A stretch of 63,341 nucleotides of DNA, filler included, from Octopus bimaculoides (taxonomy: Eukaryota), in the NCBI RefSeq assembly GCF_001194135.2. It is 6 parts of 5 records of this genome, joined end to end, with 100 filler letters (N's around TTAATTAATTAA, not from the genome) between each part and the next. Parts side by side here need not be neighbours in the genome. Positions count along the whole stretch, not along the records: positions 1 to 28,573 come from NC_068983.1; positions 28,674 to 39,874 come from NC_068981.1; 4 more parts are not named here. One strand, given 5' to 3'. The first letter of the stretch is position 1; each line of letters opens with the position of its first letter. Positions 25,062-39,704 of the stretch are shown here, piece after piece. The translations under genes were made by a program, and so were the position numbers. A model generated the notes under the pieces. It saw nothing but the letters and a program-made list of their open reading frames with translations. It had not been told where the DNA came from and did no database searches.

Positions 25062-26174
25062 TCGATCATGAAAATAATGATAATAATAATAATTATTATT
25101 ATTCACGTTATTTACATTATTTACATTCAACGGATATTTGTCCTCATCTTGTTTGTTGTTAACACAACCGAAAGCAGCAAAAGAAATACAAATCTTAGTA
25201 TAGACTTCTAGATTGATATCGAAAAGTGTTTCATGGTATTTCATTCTCTTGGATGCCGGAAATACACAAACATCGCAAACCTAACATTGACCGTTTTCTT
25301 CCACTTTGCCAGTCAAAATTGGAAGCAAAAGCAATACTTGAAGACAAAGAGAATAATATGAGAATCAGCGTTCTACTAAGAAGAAGAATTTTCTAGGGAG
25401 ACTCACTATCTTCTCTGCTGTCTTTGATTCAGTTTTCAAATGTGATAAATGAAACTCAAATGGTTTTGAATGCTACGGACAATCGTCGGATATTGTTTTT
25501 AAATATTCACAAAGGATAATAAGAAACTGTAAGTCTTGCTCTTTAATTTTATCCAAGTTATAAAAACGTGTATAGCTGTAGATATTATGAGGATATTATA
25601 AGATGGAAGTTAACTAAAACCGTAAACATTGCATGAAATACAGATATCAGTATCAGAGGGTTAGATTAGAACAATCATTATTTAGAATATCAGTAAATAA
25701 AGTTAATAATATACAATAAACAAACATGCAAAGGAAATTTAGAAAAGAGAGCTACAAAAGAGCCGTAATAAAATAAAAATCTGAACTCAAAACTAAAATA
25801 ACAGGTTTAAACACAGTAGCGAAATTGGTAGTTAAGTGACGTTAAGAGCCCAGGCAAAAAGAAAATAAGAATCTACTATCGATGTTCCATATAGACTACT
25901 CCAGAGTTTATATAGATAGGATATTCCTATCCTGGACATAAGGAGGAAGGGCGATTCTGTTAGAAATAGATAACTAATACAAAGTAACAATAATGGCATA
26001 AGAATAACACATAAAAATATTCGGTTGCGATGTACAGCAATAACAAAATTAAACTGTTACCGCCGTGGATTGTTTAATTTGCATATTTGTTCTATTGACA
26101 ATTTGTCATTAATAAAATAATAAATATTTCGGGCCCAACAGAGCGTGTATCAGAAAGACTGAAATAAATTTAAA

Positions 26175-27365
26175 TATGAGGTTGGAAAACAAAATTACAG
26201 TCGCATTTCAACATTGAAAAGAACCAAATACTCCTTTGGTTTTAATTGATATATTTAATCATGATAATATTTTCGATAATTATTAATAACAGAATCCCAT
26301 CTGTTGATACCTCAGGCGTAAAATTGTTCAGTGTTTTGTAGTAAAGATACTATATCATTTTAATGATTTCCCAATTAAAAAAAATGAAAGGTGGGACAAG
26401 GTCAGGAGAGTAAGAAAGATGAGGCAAAACTTCCATGTCTGATATTATAATATTTTCTGAGTGACCTGGGCAGTATGTAGCATTGCATTGTCGTGTAACA
26501 TGGCTGCTTTTTCCTGCTAATTTTTGTGCAACACTTCCATTTTGTTGACAACACTTTCTCGCATTAACTATTTCGTTTTGGCTTGATACTTCATGCTAGA
26601 CAGCTTCACATCCTGCCAAACACAGAGCGTAATGAGCGTAACTTTGGGAGTGGATTCTTATTTTTCATTGCGTGTCGACCATTGTCGTTTTCACTGGGAT
26701 TAGTTATAGAGAACCCATTCTTCATCACTTGTGGTAATTCTACTCAGGAAAGATTGAGTAGCGAAACTACCCTTCAGTGCTGAACAGAGGGCAACGCTTT
26801 AATTAAGCCGAGAAGGAGTCAGATAATGAAGCCGCCACTGATTAAGTCCACTGAATTTTCATGAAGTTTTACGATTGGAGTGTTACTTGTTTCGCTAATT
26901 TTCGCTAATTAGTTTCGTTGACTGTTTCGCTAATTTTCATGCAGTTTGCTTTGAATTCTGCTCAACTACATTTTCAGAGGCTTTAAAATTGACAAAACTT
27001 AGTCGTCCGGATCTAGGGAAATCTACGAGAGAAGGATTTCCCGAGTGAAGCTGGCTGATCTACCGTTGGTATGTTCGGATACTTAAAGCTGCATTTTCAT
27101 AGACGGAACGGATATTTCTTGCCGTTTCCATTGCTGAAGGTCTACTTTTGAATTCATGGAACATGCAGTGTCTGGTGTGGGTCGGATCTAAACTCATTTC
27201 ACAAGAGTAGAATCGCTACGGATTTAACCACTTCAGTAGAAAGTCACCTGCAAAGAAAGAAGACAAAAATTAGAATGTAAAAATCGATGCTTATCTTACG
27301 GTAAGTATTGAATAATACCCTGGAAATGATCATGTCAAAAATGCGACAGGTCTTTCTTTCTTACT
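26175..27365 (-). mobile_element. Mariner transposon relic; transposase pseudogene from ATG ~27197 to ~26330
   Basis: The minus translation gives RHCMFHEF...ETARNIRSVY...PRSGR (HTH), FLSRITTSDEEWVLY (first D), VTLCVWQD, MLHDNAMLHTA (second D) and EVLPHLSYSPDL. It has many stops and frameshifts. The weak TIR remnants share GTCGCATTT. Confidence 0.88.
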
Positions 27366-28320
27366 TAATGCAAAGCCTTATATGTGTGTGTGTGTGTGTG
27401 CGTGTGTGAATTTATATATAATTGTGTTTATTTCCTAATTCCCAAAGTTTTCGTCTGATTGACATGAGTCGACCGTATTCGATTTGCCATCACCGTCACC
27501 ACCACGACCACGACCACCACCACCACCACCACCACTACGACCTACACACCCTCCCACTACCACCAACTCGATATATTTTAAACACAAATATCTATTGAGC
27601 CCTTTACGGTATTTGCTTGGTAACCCCGTCGTACCCTGAACAACAAATAACTTATAATCTCCATAGCTTTTGTCTACTTTTTGTTGCCTGTTTTTCTGTT
27701 TTTCTTTGTTTTTCTTTTTGTCTTTATCCACTCGTTATCGCCATTTTCATCCCTTATTGTAACTTTTCTTTTCTTTGTTGACATATTATATCTCGAAGAC
27801 ATACATCACTGGATGACAAAACCACAGCAACGACAATAACAACAATAGCAAAAACAACAACAACATCAATAATAATAATAATAATAATAACAACGGTCTA
27901 TTGAAACCAGCGACAGGAACGAACGACAATTTGAATAATTGCTTTGACAACTTAAGCAATGATGTTGAGACTGCAATTTCCCAACAGGTCCAGTGGTCAG
28001 TATTTGTCCATCTTTTTCTTACCCCTTTTATCTGCTTGTTTGTTGTGTTTGGATTCTCTCTCACTCTCATTCTCTCTTTTTCTGTTTTTTTAAAATCTTT
28101 TTTTATTCATCATTATCACTAACAAACGAAGTACTATAAGAGAGGTTACTAAAAGTAGAGCAACGAAGCAGGGTTATACGCGGTCGATCGGTTTTGGTAG
28201 AAATAGCAGCCAAATCTTACCTGAAAGCAACTCGCTCTTCCGCAACGATTAATCTGTAAGCGGTGTTTAGAGTTTAAAAAAGTTGCAATGCGAATTGTAT
28301 AATTACTAAGTTACATATTT

Positions 28321-28530
28321 TATCTTTTAATTTTTTCGGTCATTGAATCACGGCCATGCCGGGGCATCACTGTGAATGGTTTTGGTCGAACAGATTGACG
28401 CCAATACCTATTCTTTAAGCTTGGTTCTTATGATATCAGTCGTTTCGCCGAGCCGCTAAGTTTCGTGGACATAAACAAAACAACACCGGTTGTCAAGCAG
28501 TGGCAGAGAACACAAGCACAAAAACACACA
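28321..28530 (-). mobile_element. Family A SINE 3' module
   Basis: GGTCATTGAATCACGGCCATGCCGGGGCATC...CGCCGAGCCGCTAAGTTTCG...ACACCGGTTGTCAAGC. The 5' half is lost at the scaffold join. Confidence 0.75.
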
Positions 28531-28889
28531 TATAGATACATAAATACGTACACACATGCATACCTATATATATNNNNNNNNNNNNNNNNNNNNNNNNNNN
28601 NNNNNNNNNNNNNNNNNTTAATTAATTAANNNNNNNNNNNNNNNNNNNNNNNNNNNNNNNNNNNNNNNNNNNNATTTTTATATGAAACTTCAGATGTGAA
28701 AATGTTATCTAAGTATTCATTAAAGAAATTTACAAATTTAGTAATAAAAAATTAGTCCCTTTCACACTTCGCACTAGTATTATATAAAGACCGAACTATA
28801 AGGAAAACTTGTAGGATATAATGTTCATTTACGTTAGCTCCACAAATAAGAGGGAAGACCTGGGGATACGTACATCCATACGCACACAT

Positions 28890-28931
<42 letters not shown>

Positions 28932-30039
28932 ACATATATTTATACACTTATATGCATACATATTTATGAAGAGAAAGATGGAAAAAGTGAGAGACAGAGA
29001 AAGAGTAGAAAGGGTAATATGAAGACAATGATATTCAGATAAAGAGTATATAAGCAATTCGAAATGTTTCTGAAATATCTACATACACGTCCACTTAGAA
29101 TGAAAATGATATTTACATAAACAAAACTTCATTGAAGTTTCAACGAGGGCGGATAAAGATATATTACCATCAACAGTGCCACAAAACTAACACTTTACGT
29201 CATAAAGATACATACTAGATGAAATCTAATATAAAGCGAATAACACCAAATGAAAGTATTCAGTAAGAAGAAAAAACTAAAATACATATTCTATGAAAGA
29301 AAACATTTTCACAAGAAATCATTTTCAATTATACAGACTGGTAATATTTGTTGATTCACAAGGAAAATGTCAAGACAATAATGAGTTACAGGAAGATTCA
29401 TTGCGAGAGCTGAAATTTTTTAAACAGATATCGTGTAAATTGTTTAGACAATAACACTAAAAAAGTCTTCCGAATATCTGGAACAAATCTTTCAACAAGT
29501 ATCTACATAACCAGCTTCCTTTTTACTTTCCTATTGATCGACCTATCTCTCTGTCGATATGCCTGTCAGACTGTCTCTCTTTCTCACTCTCGGCCTCTCT
29601 CTCCCTTTCTCTCTGGTAATTTAAGGCATCATTCATTGTGCGTTTGTGAGTATATGCATATATGCCTCTGTGTGTGCGTGTATATATATATATATGTTTG
29701 TGTGTGTGTGTAATGTTTGTCATTGGCTAGCAAATATAACCTCTTAGCTTGTACCACACTTTAGCATTTCATTTTAGATGCCTCTAAAATTGTAGCTAGA
29801 CAAAAAGAAGGCTTTACTCACTTTCCACTTAGGAAAATTGTAACATTTACGAAAACATTCTATATACTACTTCGACGAACAAGTAGGATTTAAACAATTC
29901 GTGATCCGATAGATAGAGAAATCTAGAGGAGATCTTCAGACAGTTGGAAATCCATGAATTCAGACAAGTTGTACACTCCACGTTTTATCGCCTTATATAA
30001 ACAGTTTTTGTGTGCATAAAAAACTCCATTCCACTGGTC

Positions 30040-30150
30040 TTTAAATATTGCTCATTGTCTTATTGACCACGAAATGATAAAAAACAAAGTCGACCTCGGC
30101 TGAATTTGAACTCAGAATGTAAAAATGGATGAAATACCACTAAGCCTTTT
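30040..30150 (-). mobile_element. Family C SINE fragment
   Basis: CAAAGTCGACCTCGGCTGAATTTGAACTCAGAATGTAAAAATGGATGAAATACCACTAAG. Confidence 0.75.
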
Positions 30151-32039
30151 GCATGATGAGCTGCAAGTTCATTGCCATAAGTTATCTTTAAATATTAGAG
30201 ATCAAGTCGTTCCTAGGAAAATGATGTGCTTCCAAAATGTCCGGCACTCCGGCATCTGTCGTGGGTTATAAAGCCATTTTCTTTAGGCAACAGCATTGCA
30301 ATCCCTGCTGCGCACGTAATAGCTGGATCTAGAAAGATTGTACTTACCTTTAACACTAGCCTTCTGGAAAGGATCATACCTTCTTTATTCAATGCAGGCC
30401 TGAAGACGTAAGTTTCATAGACGTCAAGTAAATGAATTACGTTCATATCTTAACCACAGAAATGGCTACTACACTGGAAGAAATGACCTGAGGTCAGTCA
30501 GTAGTTGACACTGCTTCCTTGATGATCCAACCACCCATATAGTTATACCAACTATCATGCCATAAATATTCCAGTATTAAGGGAAGATCTTAAATTAAAA
30601 TAAACAGAGTGAGTTATTTAATATAACATTTTCTTAAATCATTTTACATGTACTTTTATAAGATTATCAGAATCAATTCATATATCAAGTTTTTAAAAAT
30701 GGCCCGTTTTGAGAAATGTTTCTCAAGGACCAATATGTTAGAAATGTGTTTAGTACCAAAAGCTTAGTGGATATGGTGTGCAGATTCTATTAATTGTGTC
30801 CTTCGATTTTGGACGTGTATTTGCTGTTGCTAATGCTGCTTTGTTCTATTCCGAAACTAGTTTGTTAAGATGCTTTGTGTTTCGTGTTGCTGTCGCCCGG
30901 TGTTATGATTGTTGGTTTTCCTAGAATTCATGGTTTGCCGGCCGACTTGTTCGTTTGAATGCTGGCTTACATTTTCGCCATATGTTTTTTGCTTGTCACA
31001 ACCACAGATGAGTGTTTTGTGGATGAAATCACAAGTTGCGTTTTATGTCATTTTACTGTATACCACTTGATCGCGCCTGCATCATGCATAGCCTCCTCCA
31101 TGTATGAGTGCTTGGATGTGTGGGCGTATTTTTGTTTTTTTCCATTTCGTGCTTTGAGTGTAGCTTAGTTCCCAAAACAATCTACATATACGTACCGGTG
31201 TGTGCTTTTTGTGTCAGTGATTCCTGCCATTGTATCTGCGACTACGAATTAGAAACAGATGATATTGCATCAGTTTTTATGTTAGTAGCATTATGGCATT
31301 GCGACGTTCTTCGCTAAGGGACAGACGTGGAAATGCGATTTCCTTTCACGGTTTGCCGCTTTAAAAGTTGTGCGGTTTGGCGTTTCATTTAAGTTATCCA
31401 TATTGTAAGCGTAATTGTTGTCGATTTAGTTTTGACGTTTAATTTCGTGATGTTGATGCTATTCTTTTCTTTTCTTTGTTTTCATGAGCGTTCTAATCGT
31501 AGTTTCTATTATTCTTGTGCTTGTTGAGACAACAATGGCAGAAGTAGAATCATTCTGTCTAATGCTGTAATTTAATGATAAGTACAGAAATATTCACCGA
31601 GAATTCTGAAGATATCCTCACTTATAATGAAAAGAATTAAAATGATCATAATATGCTGCAGCTGCAGATACTAAATACTACAACTATTACTATTGTGATA
31701 GCACAGGAATCTGAGGCCAATCTACCACTCTTACCACAACCGCCACCCCTACTGTTGATGTTACTGTAACCACTACTACTACTACACATAAAAACAATAA
31801 TACCGGTGATATCAGTGATGATGATAATAATAATAATAATGAAGCGAAATGGGTGGAGTCTCCTTATGGGCTCATAATGATACATTTAGTGATGGTGTCA
31901 CAATAAAAAACACTGGTAAATGCGCAACCTGATAATTGCTACCTCATATGAGTGACAATAAAAAAATCAAATTTTATGAATAACGGTGGTAATGAAACTG
32001 AAGCCAATGATGGTGATAATGTTACACACGATAGGCTCA

Positions 32040-34760
32040 GAGATTCTGGCCCGGTTCCAGCCTGTTCATATCCAGAAAGGGACCAACACACATGACATAG
32101 ATGGAGCAAACAAATTAATACTGTGGTCGTGGAGTGTTACTACTTGAGCAGCATGACAGATGAAAATGGTGCTCAAATTAGGGGTTACGGCAACGTATGT
32201 ATAATCATTAGAGAGAAAAGGGATTGTTTCAAATCATGGAACAGAGACAATGGGACCAAGCTAGAGCAATAAGAAAAAAATTGTTGGTTCGCTGAAGTAG
32301 AGGCCGAAGCTATCAAAAGACAGGTCATGGACAATAGCAGCATAGGTAAGGAATAGCACAGGCAAGGAGCAGTGGTAGCTTACTTGATGATAGACATATA
32401 CCTGATCTAAAAGAAGATGACAAAACGAATAGCGCCATGACAGATGAACAAACGGAATAAAGGTAAGACTACACAAGAATTCGACATTATATGGAACCTT
32501 TAAAATGTTGATCGATGGAAATTGAAACAAGAAACGAAAAGTTTCAATGAAATTCTGAAATACAACAGAACAAACAACATCACAGAAACAAATAATTTGA
32601 TCAAGGCAGCAAGTATAGTTGTAGCAGGAAATGTGGGTGTCAATGTCAAGAAAAAGAAACATAATCGGAGGGACAAAACAAAAGGTCGGTGGTGGAGAAG
32701 AAGAATCCTGGGTTAGACAAGCTCTCGAAGGAAATTTCTGTGTTAGACCGAAAAGAGAAAGAGGAGCTTTAGAGCGAAGAAAAATACTGGGCGCTGAAAA
32801 GGAAGTATAATATTGAAAAAAGGCCTGAAATTTGTAGTTGAGGAACTGAAACATCGTCTCGCTGCAAAGAAAGCAAAGATGGTATGATACGACCAAAGAA
32901 TGAAGGGCTGGGTTACCACTAGAATAGGTTATTCAGAGTAGATAAAAAAAAGATTCTATAAAGAAATAAATGGAAAGTGTACAGATGAAAAGTTGATACC
33001 AGATAAATCTGAGAGTTAAAACTTTTTGGAGTGACATCTGGAGCAAAGACAAGTAGCACAAGAAGTGTGCTGAATGGTTGAAAGAACTGAAACAAACAGT
33101 AGTCTATCCAAAACATGCAGAACTAGTCATTTCAGTTAAGGAAGTGAAGGAAATCTGCAAAGAAATGAGCAACTGGAAGTCTCCGGGACCAGATGGAGTT
33201 CAAGGCTACTGGATCAAACAATTTGGTGAATGCTATGCACGAATAGCTGCGCAGCTCAACACCTTGTTAAATGGCGACCGAGCAGTACCAGAGTGTTTGA
33301 CATTGGGTAGGATAGTGCTGTGCCTGAAAAACATCGAAAAAGGCAATACGGTAGACAAGTACAGGCCGATATCCTGTATGCCAATTATGTGGAAGTTATT
33401 GACTGGAATACTCGCACACGCAATGTACGAACAACTAAAAAAAAATGAAGTCCTGGCATATGAGCATCAGGGCTGCAAGCGTATCTCCTGATAGATAAAA
33501 CTTTACTCAAAGACTGCAAGAGGAGGAAAAGTAACTTAGCTATGTCATGGTTCGCCTATCGTAAGGCGTACAATATGATCCCACATTCTTGGATTATGAA
33601 GTGTATGAACTTGTTTGGGATTGCATCGAATGTTTAGCGATTGCTTGGAAAAAGTATGGCGAATTGAAGAACGGATCTGGCAGCATACGGAAGAAGTTAG
33701 GATTTAGGAGGAGCATCTTCCAAGGGGACTGCCTGTCCCCACTGATGTTTGTACTGTGCTTGATGCCACTGACACTGATTCTGAAAACAGCAAATGTTGG
33801 GTATGTATTCAAAAACCGCCAACATATAATGAACCATTTGTTATTCATGGATGACCCCAAACTTTGATGTAAAGGTGAAGCCCAAGTCAGTTCCCCCGTT
33901 GATCTGGTGTATACCTTCAGTGATGTTATCAGAATGGAGTACGAACTGAAAAAGTGTGATGTGTTAGTATTGAAGTGAGGCAAAATAAAATGTATGGACG
34001 GACTAACGATACCGTCGGGGGAGGTTATGAAGGAGATAGAAGAGACGGGCTATGTGTACTTGGGAATTTGGGAAATGGATAAATTAATGGAGAAAGAAGT
34101 GACAGAAAAATTTAAGGTGGAGTACTTGTGCTGAGTGAGACTGATACTTAAATCGAAATTAATCGGTCGGAATAAGACGGAAGCTATCAACACCTGGACG
34201 GTTTCACTCCCTAGATATGGAGCAGGGGTAATCGCATGGACAGTAGACGAACTAAACAGCTTAGACAGAAAGGCAAGGAAGTTGCTTACTAGATATGGGT
34301 CATTCCCCACAAAAATAGACACAGGCAGACCGTATGTACCAATGAAAAAGGGGGAAGAGGACTTATTGGATGCAAACACAGCATTAGAGCAGAAGAAAAC
34401 AGCATAGCATGGTGTGTAAAAATGACACAGAACCACTATTATTAGAAGGAGGAAGATGAAGCTTGTTTAGGATGAAAGATTACAAAGATAAAGCACTATA
34501 CAAGAAATTGAAAACGAATGAAACTGAAAATAGTAGGGTGAAGAAAAGAATGCATGGCCAATTTCATAGGAGTGTTGAAGATGAGACAGGCAGAGAAAAA
34601 AGATGGCTATGGATGACTAAAAGTGATTTAAAACCGGAAATGGAGGCTCTAATTTGTACTGCCCAAGAGCAAGCACTAAGAACAAACTGCATAAAATACA
34701 GAATAGACAACACATCAGAATCTGTGGACAAAGCGGTGAAACCGCGTGGCATATTACCAT
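32040..34760 (+). mobile_element. Decayed RLE-type non-LTR retrotransposon (Dong/R4 clade), 3'-truncated at the CCHC finger
   Basis: Collinear broken frames: WSKQINTVVVECYYLS; NNITETNNLIKAAS; NWKSPGPDGVQGYWIKQF; YRPISCMPIMWKLLTGI; IFQGDCLSPLMFVLCL; HLLFMDD (RT catalytic); LILKSKL.GRNK.EAINTW; MHGQF; AQEQALRTN; CGQSGETAWHIT. The RLE domain is absent. Confidence 0.92.
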
Positions 34761-37700
34761 CCAATCCTTTAACTGCAATGCATCTTAAAATAAATAGAAG
34801 GAACGAATAAAGTCTATTATAAAACCTGTATTCAAAGATGTTAGCCTTTTTCGATATTACTTGTCTTACAAAATCTCATAATGAGATTTATGTATTTTAC
34901 ATAGATATTTATGTAAAGATGTGTAAACTTAGACGAGTAAGTTATTTGCCTATCAATACAAGCTCTGTTTTGTGAAAGAACACTTCATATACGTTTTTCG
35001 CCTAGCATTTGTATTACGACTTTAATTACAGAATATATCGGCAAAGCAAGGAGAAATTTCAATACGGCAGGCCATCCTGTATGTTGCATTTAGAGAATGA
35101 TGCATGTAAAGTGTAGTCTACTTAAACTAGAGTATTAGTTTCTAAACCATTATCATTGCATAGACTGCCCATCAATTTTTTATTGGTTTATTCTATTTAT
35201 ATCAAGGATTTTCTTTATGCTTGCATTTGTTATAAATACGAAGAGGCATGTGAGCTAGATTATACGCAATCTAACGTGAACAGTGTAAATAGGAAAATGT
35301 TCGCAAAGCATGATACTACAGCCATATACAATTTTCCGCAGAGTTGAATAAGAATTCATTTTGACCCCAGAGATGGCAATGAACTCCGCTTAATAGTTTG
35401 ATAAATATGTATATTCAGTTTTAACGCACATTTTCAAATCAGTCAATTCCGTTCAAATAATATTCATGATTATATGCTAATATTTTCCCACATTTACCCA
35501 TGCAGAGCAAACAGACGACCTCGTATTAACTTCTGTTACTTAGAGTGAATTGATAACAGAATAATTCTTGTCTTTCATGACTAAAACGTAGACAATGAAA
35601 TACATATCAAAAATTTGCTTTTTAATTATTAACTTGTAATGTATGTGTCTCTGAAGATGCAGCATACATGTGATAAATAAGGAGACTTCAAAGCAAACTT
35701 CATAACAACTATATATTCCTTTAATGCATTTATGTTGTAAAATTTCAATATGAATAGTATAGTCTGTTTGGTGTCAAGCATTTCTGTTAAATATTTTAAT
35801 ATCTAAAAAAAAAGATTAATTTCATTTAATTGTAGGAAGTTCATGCTATACAAGCAGGTGAAACGCATAATGCTCAAGACAGTATTACTGAAGTACATTA
35901 AGTGTGCTTGACTGAAATATTAACCTAACGTCAATTTTCGTGCTGGGAAACATATCCGTAAAAACAATTACACTATACTGAGTAGTGAGACATCAAACGC
36001 TAAACAAATTCTTCAAATGTATTTATCAAAATATGAGCAGTGCCTAATTTGATATTAATTTCCATTCAGTTGTTTCTGTAGCACTTTCATTGCTTAAAGC
36101 AATTTTAAATATGAATCAGCAAGTAGCATATTTTGTTAATTTTTCAAAAATATTTTCGATAATATTATAGAGAGATCAAGATATTTTGGGTGGAAAGTAG
36201 AGATGTAAACATGGTAAATGTTAAAATTCTATTTAGTCTAACATTTTAAAATGGTTGCAAATGTTAAATTTGAAAATGTCAATAGTTATTATAAGAATTG
36301 CTTCGGAAATTGCTGAAAGAAATCACGTTAAAATAGTTACGTTGTCACACTGATATTGTGAATAATTAAAATAATCATTTTAAAAGTAATAACTGCAATT
36401 ATTTTGTTGGTTTGGAATGGAATGCAAATGAATATTTTTAAAATATGATACATTATTAAAAGCAATTGAAGAATACATGAAATCTAAGTTTTATTGCTTT
36501 GATTCCTGCGGGATAATGCACCACTCATTATTTCATGATATTAGCGTTATAACAGATCAGTGTCTTGGTAAATTGCTACAACTATAATTCAAATTTCACA
36601 TGATGAAAAATTTCTAAATATTTGATTGAAATAGTTGTCTCTGTTCCCAAGTGGGAAAAATAGGTATACAGCAAACGAAAATATTGTTCTTATGAGAAGT
36701 TACATTTATGTAATTTTGAATGTTATTAAAGTGACTTTATGAATATAGGTGCGATTGAAAATAAATAGCAACATATGACATTACACTCCAAATTAATCAA
36801 GTATGTGATTGGACCATAAATAGCCCTATAAATTAAAACAAATGCTGTCAATATGGCTGATTTGATTATCAATTGGAAATAATTACTTTCTTCCACTTTA
36901 TTTCCATCCTAATTTTTCGATTCCAATCAAGTTATTCAAGCTATGCAATCACGATTCACAATTCAATATATGTTAAATATGTTTAATTTTTCAAATAGTT
37001 AAAATTCACTGAAAACAATAAGATATACACCGAAGGATAATATTGTTGGGAATGTATGATACAAATAGGAACTCGAAGTGTATAATAAGACTTATTACGA
37101 AAACATTTTATATTTAATATTGACTGAAGTATATTCCACGTTGCTTGCTGAACAATGTTTAGAATTAAGGCTCAGTGAAGAATTTTGGAAAAATGTATTG
37201 GAGTAGATGAACGCATACAACTTTTAATAATAGCAATCATAAACATATNNNNNNNNNNNNNNNNNNNNNNNNNNNNNNNNNNNNNNNNNNNNNNNNNNNN
37301 NNNNNNNNNNNNNNNNNNNNNNNNNNNNNNNNNNNNNNNNNNNNNNNNNNNNNNNNNNNNNNNNNNNNNNNNNNNNNNNNNNNNNNNNNNNNNNNNNNNN
37401 NNNNNNNNNNNNNNNNNNNNNNNNNNNNNNNNNNNNNNNNNNNNNNNNNNNNNNNNNNNNNNNNNNNNNNNNNNNNNNNNNNNNNNNNNNNNNNNNNNNN
37501 NNNNNNNNNNNNNNNNNNNNNNNNNNNNNNNNNNNNNNNNNNNNNNNNNNNNNNNNNNNNNNNNNNNNNNNNNNNNNNNNNNNNNNNNNNNNNNNNNNNN
37601 NNNNNNNNNNNNNNNNNNNNNNNNNNNNNNNNNNNNNNNNNNNNNNNNNNNNNNNNNNNNNNNNNNNNNNNNNNNNNNNNNNNNNNNNNNNNNNNNNNNN

Positions 37701-37834
37701 NNNNNNNNNNNNNNNNNNNNNNNNNNNNNNNNNNNNNNNNNNNNNNNNNNNNNNNNNNNNNNNNNNNNNNNNNNNNNNNNNNNNNNNNNNNNNNNNNNNN
37801 NNNNNNNNNNNNNNNNNNNNNNNNNNNNNNNNNN

Positions 37835-38002
37835 TATACGACGGGCTTCTTTCCGTTTACATCTACCAAATCCACTCACAAAGCTTTGGTCGGCGCAAGG
37901 ATATAGTAGAAGACGCTTGACCAAGGTTTCATGCAGTAGGACTGAACCTGGAACCATTTGCTTGGTAAGCAGGCTACTTACTACGCAGCCACTCCTGCGC
38001 CT
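37835..38002 (-). mobile_element. Family A SINE 5' half
   Basis: Minus strand: AGGCGCAGGAGTGGCTGCGTAG...AGGTTCAGTCCTACTGC...GAGTGGATTTGGTAGA. The remainder lies in the N gap. Confidence 0.88.
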
Positions 38003-38149
38003 ACATTGTAAATAAAAGACATATTTTTCACACGTTATTCCATATATAATAAAGCATTTATGATTAGTGGCGAAAACAATCTGAGGTCAATTGCAGGGAG
38101 ATATATGGAATGTGACCAAACAACAAATCATTGGTGCAAAATGGGTAAA

Positions 38150-39385
38150 TTTGTTACAGAGTACTGTGCAAACTCATCACCAATACGTAGAGTATCAAAA
38201 CTATAACACTGCTGAGAGTTGTTGCAAAATTGCTGTGAGAAATCATTTGGGAAAGGGTTTGATAATTGGTTTTCGGTATAGAAAACTAAATTCTACAGAC
38301 GAACCCAATTTCACCTGTTCAAATGAACAGTTAACTGCTAGAAACGAAATGCCAGACTGACAGGTTGTTGCATGTGCAAAATCACTAATCAAACACTGAT
38401 CGAAGAGATCCTCATCCACAAGCTCTCACATTGGAAACGGGACAATAAAACTGAAGCCTTCTGTCTGTAGGGCTAGACTATAAGAAAGCGTTTCTTTCAT
38501 GGAGAAACTACGCCTTGCTGACATTCCAACTGCTGAAGTCAATGCCATTAAGAGGCTGACAGCAACTTGGTCTACAGGTCTATCATTAAACAGTGATGCT
38601 ACCACCATTGTTGACAGAGAATTATGCTATCGACAGCAATATCTCAGGCTACCAACAACGTAACCATAGTGATTTTGCTCTAACAGATAACCATATTTCA
38701 GGCAGGTTAAGAAAATACAAATTTGCAATATAGGATCTTCGAATAAAAGAAAAACATTTTCTCTAGACTTAATTTTTTTTTTTCATTTTTGTTGATGTTC
38801 GTAAGATGTATTCAGGTAATATTATTGCCGCCGAGAGGCAGTTACATCTGGTTACAGCATTCTCACAGGCTATAGTAATAGAGATTATGCAAGACAAGTG
38901 TTCATATTAAATAGTCAGGTGATAACAAAATGTCGTCTAGACAAATAATATGTATAACAATTATCTCTCTGTCTTCCACATCAACAGTGAGGAACACTAG
39001 AAATACCTCGGAATCAAAGAAGATATTGTATTGGATTCGTTAGCAACGTTAGATAACAAGAAAACTTCAGTGGATTTTGGGTGATACGAAAGTCAGAGCT
39101 GTCTGCGTTAAAGGAAACTATATCCCACTATCTTATTCGCAGTGCCATGCAAGTATTATTATTTGTGATAATACCCTGGGCATTTGAATACAAAGGCTAA
39201 TTGAACGTCACGACTAGGAAATGCTCAAAATGAGTAAAAACTTCCACATTAACTCTAACACAATATATATGAATCGGAGTGAAGGATCAGTTCAAATCAG
39301 TACAGATAACCTTTGAGTGCTGTCTTGTGTCACTTAAGCCACAAGTTCTTAACAACAAACGTAAGCCAATACCAATTGTCACCTT
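38150..39385 (+). pseudogene. Heavily decayed RT fragment of a second RLE-type (R4/NeSL-like) non-LTR element
   Basis: Broken frames LDYKKAF, LRLADIPTAEVNAIKRLTATWSTGLSL, KYLGIKED, KSELSA, FAVP, TRK.LKMSKNFHINS..IYMNRSEG appear in the order expected for RT and thumb. Confidence 0.7.
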
Positions 39386-39704
39386 GTCTGCTTTCGTTTC
39401 TGTCCCTTGTGTCCAAAAAATGCCTCACCTTGAATTATATTTATTCCACATTTCTATGTTAAATTTCTAAATCACGTAGAAATTTATTTCTCTAGGTGTT
39501 CATTATCTGTCTTGTTTTTCGACTCGCCAATTCCCTCTGTCTTGTTTTTTGACTCGCCACCAGATGGAGATTCAACATTATTGTTAAATTGCAAAATTGC
39601 GTTTGGCGCTTTGGCCGATCACTGATGAGGAGTTGGCGACCTTCTGTGTCTGTTTCACGTTTGTTTGTGCATTCACTGTTTTTTCAATAATATGCTTTAT
39701 TATT

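Noticed and set aside
30348-30472. Strong minus-strand donor (AAAG|GTAAGT at 30348/30347) and ORF 30213-30446
   Set aside because: No consistent acceptor and frame giving a recognisable protein. Splice-like words are expected by chance.
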